Source of the DNA: Parvularia atlantis
Lineage: Eukaryota
Reading direction: 5' to 3'
Assembly: GCA_943704415.1 (NCBI GenBank)
Contig: CALSCO010000081.1
Span: forward strand, 1 to 56,184
Length of the DNA: 56,184 nt
Part shown: positions 1 to 22,708 of the stretch, in pieces
How positions within the stretch are numbered: the stretch's first letter is position 1
How the letters are laid out: the number at the start of each line of letters is the position of its first letter
Notes under the pieces: generated by a model
Told to the model about the DNA's origin: nothing
The model's database searches: none
The model's input: the letters and a program-made list of their open reading frames with translations, nothing else
Made by a program: the position numbers and the translations under genes

Positions 1-136
1 CCCCCTCCCTCTCCGGCCTCACGTTCCCCTTTCGCAGGCCGCAACACGAGCAGACGCGACCGCAACTCGTCCGAATTCTTACGCACGTAGCCTAGACCGA
101 GCTCTGTACAGCAACAACAGCCGCAACAACAGCCAC

Positions 137-10601
<10,465 letters not shown>

Positions 10602-10725
10602 CGTTGCCGATCCGAACTTTGCTGTGTTGCACCGCTGGCTGCCATTCGCGCAGGTGTGGCTGCGGGCCGGTCGCTGAACCTGCGCCGCCACGCCACGCGC
10701 GCAGAGCGTGGCTTCGGCTCGCGGG

Positions 10726-12601
10726 ATGGACGTTGTCAAGGCGTACCGCGACTACGTCTCGCGCATGCTCGCGGACGTGCCCGGGATGAAGGTCATGCTG
10801 CTGGACCCGGAGACGGTGCGGCGGTGGCGCGCGCAGCCAGCAACCGCTCGTTGAACGCCCGCGGCGCAGGTGACGATGCTCAGCCTCGTCTTCTCCCAGA
10901 CCGAGATCATCCAGAAGGAGGTCTTCCTCGTCGAGAAGCTCGGGAAGCCCGGGCGCGCGCGCATGGGGCACATGAACGCGCTCGTGTTTGGTGCGGAGGG
11001 CGCGCAGGCGCGTCCACTCCGCTGACGCAGGCACAGTCCGCCCGACGCACGAGAGCGTCGAGATGCTCAAGGACGAGCTGCGGGACCCCAAGTACAAGAA
11101 CTACTACATCTGTGCGCGCGCGGACGGGCGTGTGGCGTGCGGGCGTGACGCGCTGACCGGACGCGCGCATATCTACGCCAGACTTCAGCAACATCGTCGG
11201 CGTCGTCTCGCTCGAGAAGCTGGCCGAGAGCGACACGCACGCGGTCGTGAGCGAGGTGCAGGAGTTCTTCGGCGACTACTACACGCTCAACCGCGACTCG
11301 TTCACGCTCAACATCCCCAGCCTGGCCGTGCGCGGCGCCATGCCCGGCTCGTTCAAGGACCGCACCGTCGAGGGTGCGCGTGCCGTGCCGCGCCGTGCCG
11401 CTCGGGCGATCGTGGCCGTGACCGCGCGTGGCCGCCCCAGGCATCGCGTCGGTCATGCTCGCGCTCAAGAAGAAGCCAGTGATCCGCTACGAGGCCAACT
11501 CGGACAGCGCGCGCAAGGTGGCGCTGGAAGTGCAGGTGCGATGCGCAATGGCTCGCTGCTACGATGCCCGCGCGGGCTGACGCCGCCGCCCAGTACCTGA
11601 TGCAGCAGGAGAGCTCGCTGTTTGACTTTCGCGTGCCCGACTCGCCGCCGCTGCTGCTCGTGCTCGACCGCAAGAACGACCCGGTGACGCCGCTGCTCAA
11701 CCAGTGGACATACCAGGTGCAGCAGCCGCGCTGCGCCAAGCAAGCGCGCAACTGACCGCACCCCCCTCAGGCCATGATCCACGAGCTGCTGACGATCCAC
11801 AACAACCTCGTCGACAGCGCCGTGTTTGAGACGCGCTCCAAGGAGACCGAGCCCAAGGACGACAAGAAGGTGCCGGCATACGGCCCTTTCTGCCGCGCAC
11901 GCAGACGCGCTGACGCCGTGCCCGCACCCGCGCGCACAGGACACGGGCGACAAGCAGATCGTGCTGTCGCTCCTGCAGGACCCGTTCTACGTCAAGAACA
12001 TGTATCTCAACTTTGGCGACCTCGGTGCCAACATCAAGGGTGCGCGCGCACATGCGGCCGTGAGCGTGCTGGGCGCTGAGACGCGCGGCGCGTGCCAAGC
12101 CTACGTGGACGAGTACAAGAAGCAGAGCTCGATCACCGCCAAGATCGAGTCGCTCGAGGACATCAAGCGCTTCGTGACCGACTACCCGCAATTCCGCCAG
12201 GTGCGCCAGCGTTTTCGCGCCGCTGCGGCCGCCTCATGCGCACGCCCGGACGCAGCTGTCGGGCAACGTGACCAAGCACGTGTCGTTGGTTGCCGAGTTG
12301 TCGCACCGCGTCGATAGCAACCTGCTGCTCGAGGTGTCGGAGCTCGAGCAGGACCTGTCGGCGACCGAGAACCATAACGACCACATCAAGGTGGCGCGCC
12401 GTGTGCGGTCTGCCGCGTCGGCCGGCTGACAGCGCTGCGCAGGCCGTGTACCAGATCCTGGCCAACCCGAAGATCGACAAGCACGACAAGCTCCGCGTGG
12501 CGCTGCTCTACGCGCTGCGGTACGAGCGCTCGCCCCAGAACGACATCCGCGGCGTCATAGACAAGCTGTCCACCGTGGGCCTCCCGGCCGACGCGTCTGC
12601 G
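10726..12601 (+). CDS. VPS45: Sec1/Munc18-family protein Vps45, 3' end missing in this assembly
   Basis: MDVVKAYRDYVSRML...[104 protein letters not shown]. The last exon ends at 12601 and enters an intron that runs into a poly-C tract; no stop codon was found. Confidence 0.92.
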
Positions 12602-12648
12602 GTGCGGCGCGCGTGCAGGCGTTTGAGGGGGCCGGGCGGCTGACTGTG

Positions 12649-12675
12649 CCCCCCCCCCCCCCCCCCCCCCGGGGG
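12649..12675. repeat. Poly-C run followed by a G run; probable assembly junction
   Basis: About 22 C then GGGGG. A Vps45 intron (+) and a Tudor-SN intron (-) both end in this run, and both genes lack their 3' ends. Confidence 0.75.
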
Positions 12676-12687
12676 CGCACAGCACAC

Positions 12688-15649
12688 CTTCTTGGGCACA
12701 AAGCTCGTGGCGGCCGCACCCGCGCTCGGCGAGCTGTGGTGCCGCGCAAACTCGGCCATGAGCTTCTCGAGCTGACGCGCGCCTGCATCGCGAGCGTAAG
12801 CGGGCGCGTACGCGGGCAACAGACGCACCCTCGCCCACGGTCTGCGCGTAGAAGCGGTTGCCGGCGAGGATCTCGGTCGGCAGCACGGTCACCTTCTCGA
12901 CCGGCGCGTCCTTGCGCTCGAGCGCGGCCGCGGCCTTAGCGGCCTCCTGCGCCGCGCGCTCCGCCTCCTCGTCGTACGTGAGCCAGATCTGCGCCGGGGC
13001 AGCGGTGAGCCGGTCAGCACACACGTGCGTAGCCGTGCGCGCAGGCAGCGGCGCACGTTCTTCTTCGTGGCCTTGGCGCGCGTCTCGGCCGCAAACAGGT
13101 TGTTGACCTGGAGCGAGGCCTCGGCGGAGGACTTGTGCACTGAGCGCGCGCGCCAAGCGTGAGGAACGCACGCCGCAGCAGGGCGCAGGCGCAGCACGCA
13201 CGCGTAGCCAGGCCGTTCTCGAGCAGGTGCACGGCCACGTTCTCGCCCGAGCGCAGGAACATGGAGCCGATAAAGCCGCCGTTCTTGTCCACGTTTTCCA
13301 CCTCAATCTCGACCTGCGGTCACGTCCGTCAAGCGTGCGCGCAACACAACGACGGCCGTGACGCACGTCGTGCTGCAGCGTATGCTCGTTCACGTACGCG
13401 AACGCCTCCTGGCCGAACGGCTCCGAGGGCTCGTCGGGCGTCTTGCCGATGCGGCCGACGCGCACGCCGCTGAGCACAAACAGCAGCTTGACATTGTCGC
13501 GCGGCAGCAGCAGCTTGAAGCGCGCGCCGTTGAACACGTACTCGATGATGGCCGCCGTACGCCCCTGCTCCCGCATCAGACCCTGTGTGCGCACGGAGCA
13601 GGCGAGCGGGCGCGTGACGCACCTGCCGCTTGAACGAGTTTAGGAACTGCTTCGCCTTGGCGAGGCTCTCGGACGCGTCCGAGATGCGTGCGACCTCGGC
13701 CGGCTTGCCGCTGTGGAAGCCCTTCCTGCCCTTGAGCGCGCGGTCCTCGGCAATGAGCAGCTGCGCGCGCCGGCCGCCGTCAGACCGGCAAGAAACGCTT
13801 GCGTGCGCCGCGGCGCGCGCCTGGTCGTAGTTGCTCGCGCGGTTCTCGTCGTCCTGGCGGTGGCGCAGCACCGACGCGAGGCCCTTGCTCACCAGCGCCT
13901 GCCGCGGCACGGCCTCTCAGCGGGCGTCCGGCACACTCGGCGCATACGCCGCGCACCTCGTTCATGTTGACGTCGTCCAGCTTGATCGTCGCGCACGTGC
14001 GCTCCTCGTAGCCCTCCTCGGCCGGCTTGATGTAGTCGACCTGCACGTGCACCTGGCGGCGTGCAGCACATGAGCGGCATGCACGCCGCAGGACGTGCGA
14101 GCGGCGCACCTTGCGGCCGATCAGGCGCGAGCGCAGGAACTCCTTGGCCTCGGCCTGGTACGGCGCCTCGGCGGGCTCCTTCTGGCGCGGCTGGCGGACC
14201 GAGGCGAGTTGCAGCTTGTGCTCGACGCCGTTGCTGTTCACCACGAGCGACTCGCCGTTGAGGATCTTGACGACCTGGGCGCGCACGCTCGCGTTCAGCG
14301 CCTGAGTGGACGTGCGTGGGCGCAGCGCGCACCTTGCCGGTGAAGGCGCTCGGCTTGGCGTCGCCGTCGGCCTTGGGCTTGTAGTCCTTCCAGATGCGCA
14401 CCTGGCGCTGCTTGGCGGCCTTTTCGGCTTCGCGCTGCGAGCGAGCCGTGAGCGTCACGGCAAGAGCGTGCGTGGGTGCAGCGGACGCACCAAGTTCTTC
14501 GGCCCGCCAGTGACGAGCGCGATGCTCCAGTCAACGACCTTGGCCAGCCCCTCCTTGACGAGCGCCTCGGCGATGTTGCCGTTCGGGTGCAGCACCGTGC
14601 CGACAAAGTTCTTGTTGTTGAGCCCTGCGTGAGCCGCGGAGCTCAGGGGCGGGTCGGGCGCCCGGACGCGCGCGCGCACCCTCGAGCGTGACCTTGACGT
14701 CCTGTTGCAGCAGGCGCGTCTCGGTGAAGAAGCGCGCCTCGCCACCAAACGGCTCGATCAGGTCGGGCTGGTCCGGCACGTCCTGCGCGCGCAGTCAGTT
14801 GAGCTGGCGCCGGTGGCCGGGAACGCGCGCCTTGCGGTACGCGGGGCACTTGATGCCCGAGAGCAGCACAGTCACGGTTTGGAACACGGGCAGGAGCAGA
14901 ATCTGTAGCGTCGAGCCGTCGCGCACGCGCTCGACGATGCCTTTTGGCGGACGGTGAGCAAGGACGAGGGACAGAAGGGGCGCACCGCTGATCGCCTTGC
15001 CCTTGTGTGCGTCGAGAAACGCGCGTGGGTCGTCCTCGAACGTTTGCTTGATCTCGGGCACAGGCTGCGGCGCGCCACCGTCAGGCGATGGCGCAACGTG
15101 CGTGCTGACGGGCGGCCGCCACCTGCTGCGCGACCGTTGCGCCGTGCAGGCCGGCGCCGGCGGTGCGCGCCTCGGCATCGGCCTGGACGAGCTCCTCAGT
15201 CGCGTCCCTGGCGCGTGCCGCCTCCCCATCAGCCAGGTTCAGCGCGTCAGGAAGGGCCACGGCGCACTTGCGGTCGTCGCGGAGGCGCACGAGGCCGGCG
15301 GCGAGCAGCACGCGCGTGACGTCGGCGTCGCCAAGCAGCACCTGGCCGTACTCGCGGCCGGTCTTGTTGGCGTAGACGACGCGGAACGAGACCTCCTTGC
15401 CGACGACGAGCTTGCGCAGGTGCTCGCGGCTCTCCCAGGCGAAGGGCTGGTGCGTGTTGCGCGTCAGCCTTTTTCTCCGTCTGTGTCGTGATCGCTTACC
15501 TCGCCCTTCTCGTCCTTGCGGCCCAGGCGCGGCGCACTCACGTACGCCAGCGACAGCGTGCGCTCGGGCGGGGGGCCGCCCGCGGCCGGCGCGCGCCCGC
15601 GCAGCACGACCGTGTCTCCCGAGAGGACCTGCTTCACGATGGCCTTCAT
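12688..15649 (-). CDS. SND1: Tudor staphylococcal nuclease (SND1/p100); Tudor and fifth SN domains missing
   Basis: [18 protein letters not shown]...[95 protein letters not shown]. The gene stops at FVPKK, just before the Tudor core. Confidence 0.93.
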
Positions 15650-15738
15650 CGCAACTGACGAGCGAGGTGTAATTGTCACGTACATATCTGCTGTTGATCG
15701 TCGAGAGCGAGCGACTGCCTCTGCCGTGCGACTGCTTC

Positions 15739-15838
15739 GACTGCCTCTGCCGTGCGAGTGCCGCCGTGCGAGTGAACGACTGCCTCTGCCGTGCGAGTGC
15801 CGCCGTGCGAGTGAACGACTGCTTCTGCCGCCGTGCGA
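15739..15838. repeat. 39-bp tandem repeat (about 2.5 copies) in the divergent SND1/GlyRS intergenic region
   Basis: The unit GACTGCCTCTGCCGTGCGAGTGCCGCCGTGCGAGTGAAC starts at 15739 and 15778, with a partial copy at 15817 and a related partial unit near 15712. Confidence 0.9.
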
Positions 15839-15880
15839 CATCGGCCGCGACATCGACCGCGACATCCACACTCGCACGAA

Positions 15881-17565
15881 ATGGACCTGCTCGCAAAGGT
15901 CACGAACCTGTGCAAGCGCCGCGGCTTCGTCTTCCAAACGGCTGAGCTCTACCGCGGCGGGCTGCGCGGATGCTACGACTACGGGCCGCTCGGCGCCGCC
16001 CTCAAGCGCAACCTCGCCGCGCTCTGGTGGCGCGACACCGTCACCCGCCGCGGCGACGTCTTCGCGCTCGACACGGCCGTGCTCACGCCCCGCGAAGTCC
16101 TCCAGACGTCGGGCCACCTCACCAACTTCTCCGACCCGCTCGTCGACTGCCGCCTCTCGCGCGAGCGCTTCCGCGCCGACAAGGCCCCGCCCGTGCGCCT
16201 GGGCGACGACGGGCGCCTCGTCATCCGCGCGCCCGGCCCGACCGAGGCCGACCTGTGGGCGCTGCTCGTGGGCAAGCAGCTGGCGCGGGGCGCGCGCGTC
16301 GCGTGCGAGGGCAGTACCATCGTTTTGCGCGTGCTCGAGCTGCGCCCGGACACGCTCGTGCTGCAGGGCGACACACCCGAGGCGCCGCCGGTGGCCGTGC
16401 CGTACGCGGGCTACGTCGCCCCGACGAGCAACTCGCCCTTCCTCACGCCGCCGCGCCAGTTCAACCTCATGTTCTCGACCACGCTCGGGCCGATTGACCC
16501 GCTCGAGGACGTCGTCGACGCGCTGCTGCAGGCCGGCCCGTCGCTCACGCGCGAGCAGGCCGTGACGCACGCGCGCAACACGCTCGCGCGGCACACAGTG
16601 TACCTCCGGCCCGAGACGGCGCAGGGCGCGTTTACGCAGTACTACAACGTCGTGCAGACGATGGGGCCCAAGCTGCCGTTTGGCGTGGCGCAGGTGCGCG
16701 CGCGTGTCCGGGCCTCCCCACCCTTGCGTGCACTGAGCACGGGGCGCAGGTCGGCAAGTCGTTCCGCAACGAGATCACGACGGAGCACTTCATCTTCCGC
16801 ACGGCCGAGTTTGAGCAGATGGAGATGCAGTACTTTTGCGAGCCCGGAGCGTCGGCCGAGACGTTCGAGTACTGGCGCGAGGAGCGCATGCGCTGGTGGC
16901 GCGGCGTGCTCGTCAACCGCGGCGCGACGCACCTGCGCCTGGTCGACCACCCGCGCGACCAGCTCGCGCACTACTCGCGCGCCTGCACCGACATCGAGTA
17001 CCTGTACCCGTGGGGCTGGGGCGAGCTCGAGGGCGTGGCGCACCGGGGCGACTACGACCTGCAGGCGCACGGGCAGGCGCTGCGGACGTCAATGGCGACG
17101 CTGGCGGGCAACGGCGTGACGCGCGTGGTGCCGCACGCGATCGAGCCGGCGGCGGGGCTCAACCGGGGCCTGCTCGCGGTCCTGCTGGACGCGTACTCGG
17201 AGGAGGCCAAGACGTCGGCGGCGGGCGCGGCCGAGACGCGCGTGCTGCTGCGGCTGCACCCGCGGCTGGCGCCGGTTAAGGCGGCCGTGCTACCGCTGCG
17301 CGCGAGCGACGAGCGCGCGGCGGGGCTGTGCCAGGAGCTGGCGCGGCAGCTGCGCCAGCGCGACCTCGAGGCGCGCGTGGACGTGAGCGGGAGCATCGGC
17401 AAGCGCTACGCGCGGCATGACGAGATCGGGACGCCGGTCTGCGTCACGGTCGACGCGCAGACGCACGACGACGGCATGGTCACGCTTCGCGACCGCGACA
17501 CGACGCGGCAGGAGCGCGTGCCGCTGGCGTCTGTGGCCGAGCGCGTCCACGCAGTGATCGTGTGA
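15881..17565 (+). CDS. glyQS: Glycyl-tRNA synthetase, homodimeric (alpha2) class II, bacterial-like; one intron at about 16694-16749
   Basis: LCKRRGFVFQTAELY...YDYGPLG, FNLMF, YLRPETAQG, PFGVAQ|VGKSFRNEI...FIFRTAEFEQMEMQYF, WGELEGVAHRGDYDL, PHAIEPAAG, and the anticodon domain GSIGKRYARHDEIGTP. Confidence 0.93.
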
Positions 17566-17737
17566 GACGATGCCAGTCTGAGACAATCGGCGGCAACGAT
17601 GATCGGGCGTCTGACGTCACCCGGTTTGCGCCGATTGGTCGGTTTCAGCTGTGTGGAACACAACAAACAAAGGGCACTTTTCTCTTCTCGCCGCCGCTGC
17701 CGCCAGTTCAGCTGCACCCCTCCCAAAAAAAAAAAAA

Positions 17738-19000
17738 ATGCCGCTCTTCACGGCGCGCCAGCCCTCGGCCACGTCGCTCGCGCCCACGTCGCTCGCCTCG
17801 TCGGCCTCGTCCGCGCCCTCGACGCTCAGCCGCTCGCCGTCGGCGCCGTCGCGCATCAGCGAGGAGACCGAGGCTGACTTCAAGGCCGCCGCTGCTGCGC
17901 CCGAGCCCGCCGCGCCTGTCGCGCCCGTCGAGCCCGCTGCGCAGCCGCGCACGTCCGCAACCATGCCGCACGCGGGCGCTGCCGCCGTCGCCGCGCAGCG
18001 CGCCGAGCTGCTGCAGTCGGCCAACAGCTCGCTAGTCGAGGTGGGCCTTGCCGTTCGCGGGCTGATGACGGCGGCCGGCTGATGCGGCGCCGCTCCCCCC
18101 CCTTTGGCCAGGCCTCGCGTCGCGGCAGCATCAACGTGCTCAAGGCGTGCCTCGAGTACGGCTGCTCGCCCAACTTGCAGTGCCTGTCGTACGGTGCGCC
18201 TAGCCACCCCCAAAGTGAAACGCGCCGACTGAGCCAGTATGAACGACCCCGCAGGATGGACGCCGCTCATGCACGCCGCGCGCGAGGGGTGGCTCGCCTG
18301 CGTCAAGTTGCTGCTCGTGTTCGGCGCCGAGCCCAACCTGCGCGACCGCATGGGCCAGACCGCGCTGCGTGCGTCCAAGCCGCTTACATTCGCCCCGTCG
18401 CGTCCTCACCTGCCACTGTGCCCGCCCAGACCGCGCCGCCTTCCGCGGGCACTACGAGATTGTGCGCGAGCTACTGCACCACGGCGCCGACCCGACGATT
18501 GAGGACTTCATGACGCAAACGCCGCAGCACCTGGCCGTGCAGGAGGCGCACTGGAAGATCCAGCGCAAGCTCGACCGCGGTGCGCTGCCCGCGCCGGTGC
18601 CGTACCTGCCCGCCTGCTGACGCGCCGTGCCCCTGCCCCGTCAGCCGAGCAGCGCTGGAACCACAACCAGCACAAGGAGGGCAAGCTCGACGCCAAGGCC
18701 CTGCAGAAGAAGAACGCCAAGCTCGCCCAGCGGAGGCAGTACCTCCAGGTCGAGCGGCGCGAGGTGCAGAAGCTCGAGCAGCGCACGATAGCCCTGCGGC
18801 GCAAGGAGGGCGTGCTCGAGGCGATCGTCGCGGCCAAGTCCGAGTCGACGCCGTCCACGGCCACCAACAAGCCGCTGCCTGCGCGCCCGGCGCTCGTCTT
18901 CCCGCCGCGGCCAATCAACGCCCTGCCCCTGGCCGACAGCGACTCGCCGCTCATGCCCACCGCGCGCTCAGTCTCGTCGCTCGTGCTTGCCTCCGCATAG
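17738..19000 (+). CDS. Ankyrin-repeat protein with a low-complexity N-terminus and a C-terminal coiled coil
   Basis: GWTPLMHAAREGWLACVKLLLVFGAEPNLRD.MGQTAL, RAAFRGHYEIVRELLHHGADPTIED, TPQHLA. ATG at 17738, TAG at 18998-19000. Confidence 0.8.
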
Positions 19001-19109
19001 ACAAAGCCACGCGGTGCATAAGCATTCTTTGGCTTTTTGTGTGTGTCTCCCCGCTGCTGCGCGCGCGTGCTGCCTATCCACAGTGTGTGCAACGCGCTGC
19101 CCGGCAGAT

Positions 19110-19141
19110 TCACCGGCCGCCGGCCTCGTCCATGTCGACAA

Positions 19142-19177
<36 letters not shown>

Positions 19178-19920
19178 TCAGGCGCGCGGCCGTGCCGGAG
19201 CGCATAAGCGACGTGAAGTCGACACGCGCGTCCATGCGGTTGATGGTCTCACGGCTCCTGTCGCATGCACGCACGCACGCGGTCAGCGTCCCCGCGTCGC
19301 GCACAGTCCGGCCTGCGCGCGCACTTGGTGATCATGAGGTAGATGCGCGCGACCTGGAGCACGTTGCGCAGCACGAGCAGCACGACGTCGCTAAACTTCT
19401 CGAGCCGGCTGCAGCCCATGAACAGCACGCCGAGCGACACGGCGCAGACGACGATCGCGCTCACGTCGACCAGGCCCGAGAACGACGCCCAAATGTTCTG
19501 CGCGCGCCCACGCGCCCGCACGTCTCAGGGCCACCCGCGAGGCCGCCCGCACCGCACCTCGCGCCCGAGCACGTACAGCCGCACGACGACCTCGCTGAGC
19601 ACGAGCAAGTTGATGAGCACCTCGAGCACAATGTACGCGAGGCCCGGGCTGGCGCCGCACACTAAGCTCCGGCACGCGGAGTGCGAGCACCCGCACGGCG
19701 CGCACCACGGCGACACGAACGACCACACGAGCGACGCGAGGCTGACGAGCGCGAGCACGGTGCTGAAGATGAGGTACGGCCGCGAGTGCAGTATCCTTAG
19801 CGCCGCGCTGCCGCGTGCGTTGCGTGTGTGAGCGGGCGCATGAGGCAGCTGGCTCGGCGCGGCGCACCCGTCAAATGCCTCCTTGAACGAGAGCAAGCGC
19901 GTGCGCGGCAGCGCCGACAT
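19110..19920 (-). CDS. Small 4-TM protein resembling an isolated voltage-sensor (Ion_trans S1-S4) domain, with an acidic tail
   Basis: Spliced helices: YLIFSTVLALVSLASLVWSF; YIVLEVLINLLVLSEVVVRLYVLG (E..xR, S2-like); IWASFSGLVDVSAIVVCAVSL (W...D, S3-like); DVVLLVLRNVLQVARIYLMITK (S4-like). The tail is poly-Asp. Confidence 0.65.
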
Positions 19921-20176
19921 CTGCGGCGTGGTGCGGCCCGGCGTGGCCCGATGGCGAGTCTGCGCAGCGGCAGAGGTCTGAGTTGCGCGCGGATGATCGT
20001 GGCCACGCGGCAGAGCGGCGCATGACAGCATGGCGTGGCGTCATCGAACCCTGACAGCGTGGTCACGTGCACGCGCCTCGTGACACGTGCTGGAGCACCG
20101 CTTTCACTCTGCGCACACGCCATACCCCTGCTCACGCACGCGGCGGCGCGCGCACGCGCAGCACACCCGCAGCACC

Positions 20177-22637
20177 ATGCTGCCCGCCAGCGACAACCCC
20201 GCCGCGGACGAGCTCATCACGGTGCAGCGCGACGACGACGACGACGAGCGCGACGACGACGGCCGCGGGTCCAGCGAGGAGGCCGAGCCGCTGGTCGAGA
20301 TCACGCGCGCGGGCCGGATCCGCCAGTACCGCGAGGACACCAAGCACCTGACCGTGCAGCAGCGCTGGTGGCAGTGGTTCCTCAAGCACTGGCTCGCCCT
20401 CGTCGCCTTCGCCCTACCCACGCCCCCGCGCGTCCTGCGCTACGTCAAGAGCTGCTTCCCCATCATCGACACTGTCCGCGCCTACCCGGCCAAGTGGCGC
20501 GAGAACATGCTGGGCGACGTCATCGCAGGCCTCGCCATCTCCACCCTGCTCATCCCCCAGGTGCTCTCGTACTCGACCGTCGCCGGCCTCCCGCCCGTCT
20601 ACGGCCTCTACTCGTCCTTCGTGCCCATGTCGATGTACATGATCTTCGGCACGTCGCACCACATCAACGTCGGGCCGGTCGCCGTCGTGTGCGTGGCCGC
20701 CTGCGCGCACGTGAGGCAGTGCTGAACCCCGCACCACACCAGCTCGCTCCTCGTCAACAACGCCCTGCACGAGCTCGTCTCGTACGACGACGAGCCCGAG
20801 CGCTACATCGCCTGCGCCATCTTCCTCACCATGCTCGTCGGCATCTGGAACGTGCGTCCTGCTCGCGCGCCCGCCCGCCCGTGCGCCGTTCGTCTGACCC
20901 AGGTCGCCGGCACAGATCGGCTTTGGCGTGCTCAACATCGGCTTCCTCCTGCGCCTGCTCAGCCCGGCCTTCATCGCCGCGTTTGTCACGGCGTCTGCTT
21001 TCACCATCGGCTCGACGCAGCTCGGCTCGCTCTTTGGCGTACGTCGCCGTGCGCCTCGCGCGTGCCGCTCGTCGCACGGCTCACGCTCCCGCCGCGCCGC
21101 GCACCAGTTCTCCGTGCTCAACAGCAGCTACATCTGGGCCGTCGTCATCAGCGTGTGCCAGAACCTCAACAAGACCCAGTGGCTGCCGTTCGTCATGGGC
21201 TTTGCCTCGATCGTGATCATCATCGTCTGCCGCAAAAAGTTCCCCGCCGTGCCCATCGCGTTCATCATCATCGTCGTCATGACGTTCATCGCCTGGACGA
21301 TCATCCACTACAACAACGGCTTTCCCAACTGGCCCGTAACAGGCAAGATGCCCCCGGGCCTGCCCAAGTTCAATGTGCCCTACGTCAGCTCGGCCGACGC
21401 CATCGCCCTCATCGCGCCCTCGTTCATCATCACCTTCATCGGCTACATGGAGTCGTACTCGCTCGCGGTCAAGATCGGCGAGAAGCACGGGCACAAGATC
21501 CGCGGCAACCAGGAGTTTATCGCCCTCGGCGCGGCCAACTTTGTCGGCTCGTTCTTCCAGGCCTTCCCGGTCACGGGCTCGTTCTCGCGGTGCGGGCAGC
21601 CGCCGGCTCGCCGTTTGCCGCACCCGCGCGGCTCACACGCCTGCTCGCTCGCTTGCCCGCGCGCGCAGCACCGCCGAGGCCGAGCTGCAGAACGCCAAGA
21701 CGATTCTGTACACGCTCGTGAGCGTCGTCTCGGTCATCATCTCGCTACTCTTCCTCACGCCGGTCTACTACTACATCCCCAAGTCGGTCCTCGCCGCGAC
21801 GATCATCGCGGCCGTCTACCGCCTGATCGACTTTGAGACGATGGTCAAGTACTACCACTCGAGCACGATGGACTTCCTCATCTGGTGGTTCACGTTCATC
21901 GGCGTCATCGCCGGCGGCACCGAGAACGGCATGGCCATCGGCGTCGGCTTCTCGTTCGTCGTGCTCATCTTCCAGCACATGTTCCCCTACATCGCCTACC
22001 TGGGCAAGGCCGTCGGCCCCGATGGCAAGGTCAAGCTGCTCAACATCAAGCGCTTCCCGCAGGCCAAGGCCGACCCGAACGTGCGCATCGCGCGCCCTGC
22101 CACACGCACCAGCATCGCGCGGCTCACTCACGCACGCGCACGCGCGCCCAGGTCCTCATCATGCGCTTCGACCACAGCCTCGTCTTCCTCAACAAGGACT
22201 ACTTCATGGACAAGGTCGTGCGCCGCACCACCGCTCGGGCCGAGCTGGAGAAGACCGAGGGCGAGCTCGCGCCCGACGCGCCCGAGGTCGCGCCCAAGGT
22301 GTTTATCCTCGACGGCTCGGCTATCCACCACGTCGACGTCTTCGGCGCCGAGACGCTGCTGCAGGTCACGCGCAAGCTGCGCGCACGCGGCATCACCCCG
22401 CTCTTTGCCTACATCCGCTCCAATGTCAAGGACGTCCTGATTGACACCGGCCTGATGGAGGAGATCGACGCCAAGAGCATGTACCTCAGCGTGGACGACG
22501 CCGCCGAGGCCGCCGCTGAGATCGTCCGCGGCGCGTCGCCCGTGGCCGTGCTCGCGCGCAACTCGAGCGAGAACAACGTGCTCGGGTCCTCGTCTAGGGC
22601 GCACGTCACCGGCGAGATGGAGATGGTCGCCGTGTAA
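20177..22637 (+). CDS. SLC26/SulP anion (sulfate) transporter with a C-terminal STAS domain
   Basis: GDVIAGLAISTLLIPQVLSYSTVAGLPPVYGLYSSF, FGTSHHINVGPVA, NQEFIALGAANFVGSFF...VTGSFSR, and STAS motifs MRFDHSLVFLN and FILDGSAIHHVD. Confidence 0.95.
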
Positions 22638-22708
22638 TCAGCCAGTAGTATCACTTGCTTTCCTTTGTGTCATGTGCCACGCGTACGCAAGCGACGCTGC
22701 ATGCTCGT

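Noticed and set aside
15712..15838. 39-bp repeats as a possible CRISPR array
   Set aside because: The units are directly adjacent with no unique spacers, the context is eukaryotic, and no cas genes are present.
15881..17565. GlyRS-like ORF as the catalytically dead DNA polymerase gamma accessory subunit (POLG2)
   Set aside because: Class II motifs 1-3 and the glycine/ATP-binding residues (RPETAQG, FRNE, EFEQME, ELEG, IEP) are intact.
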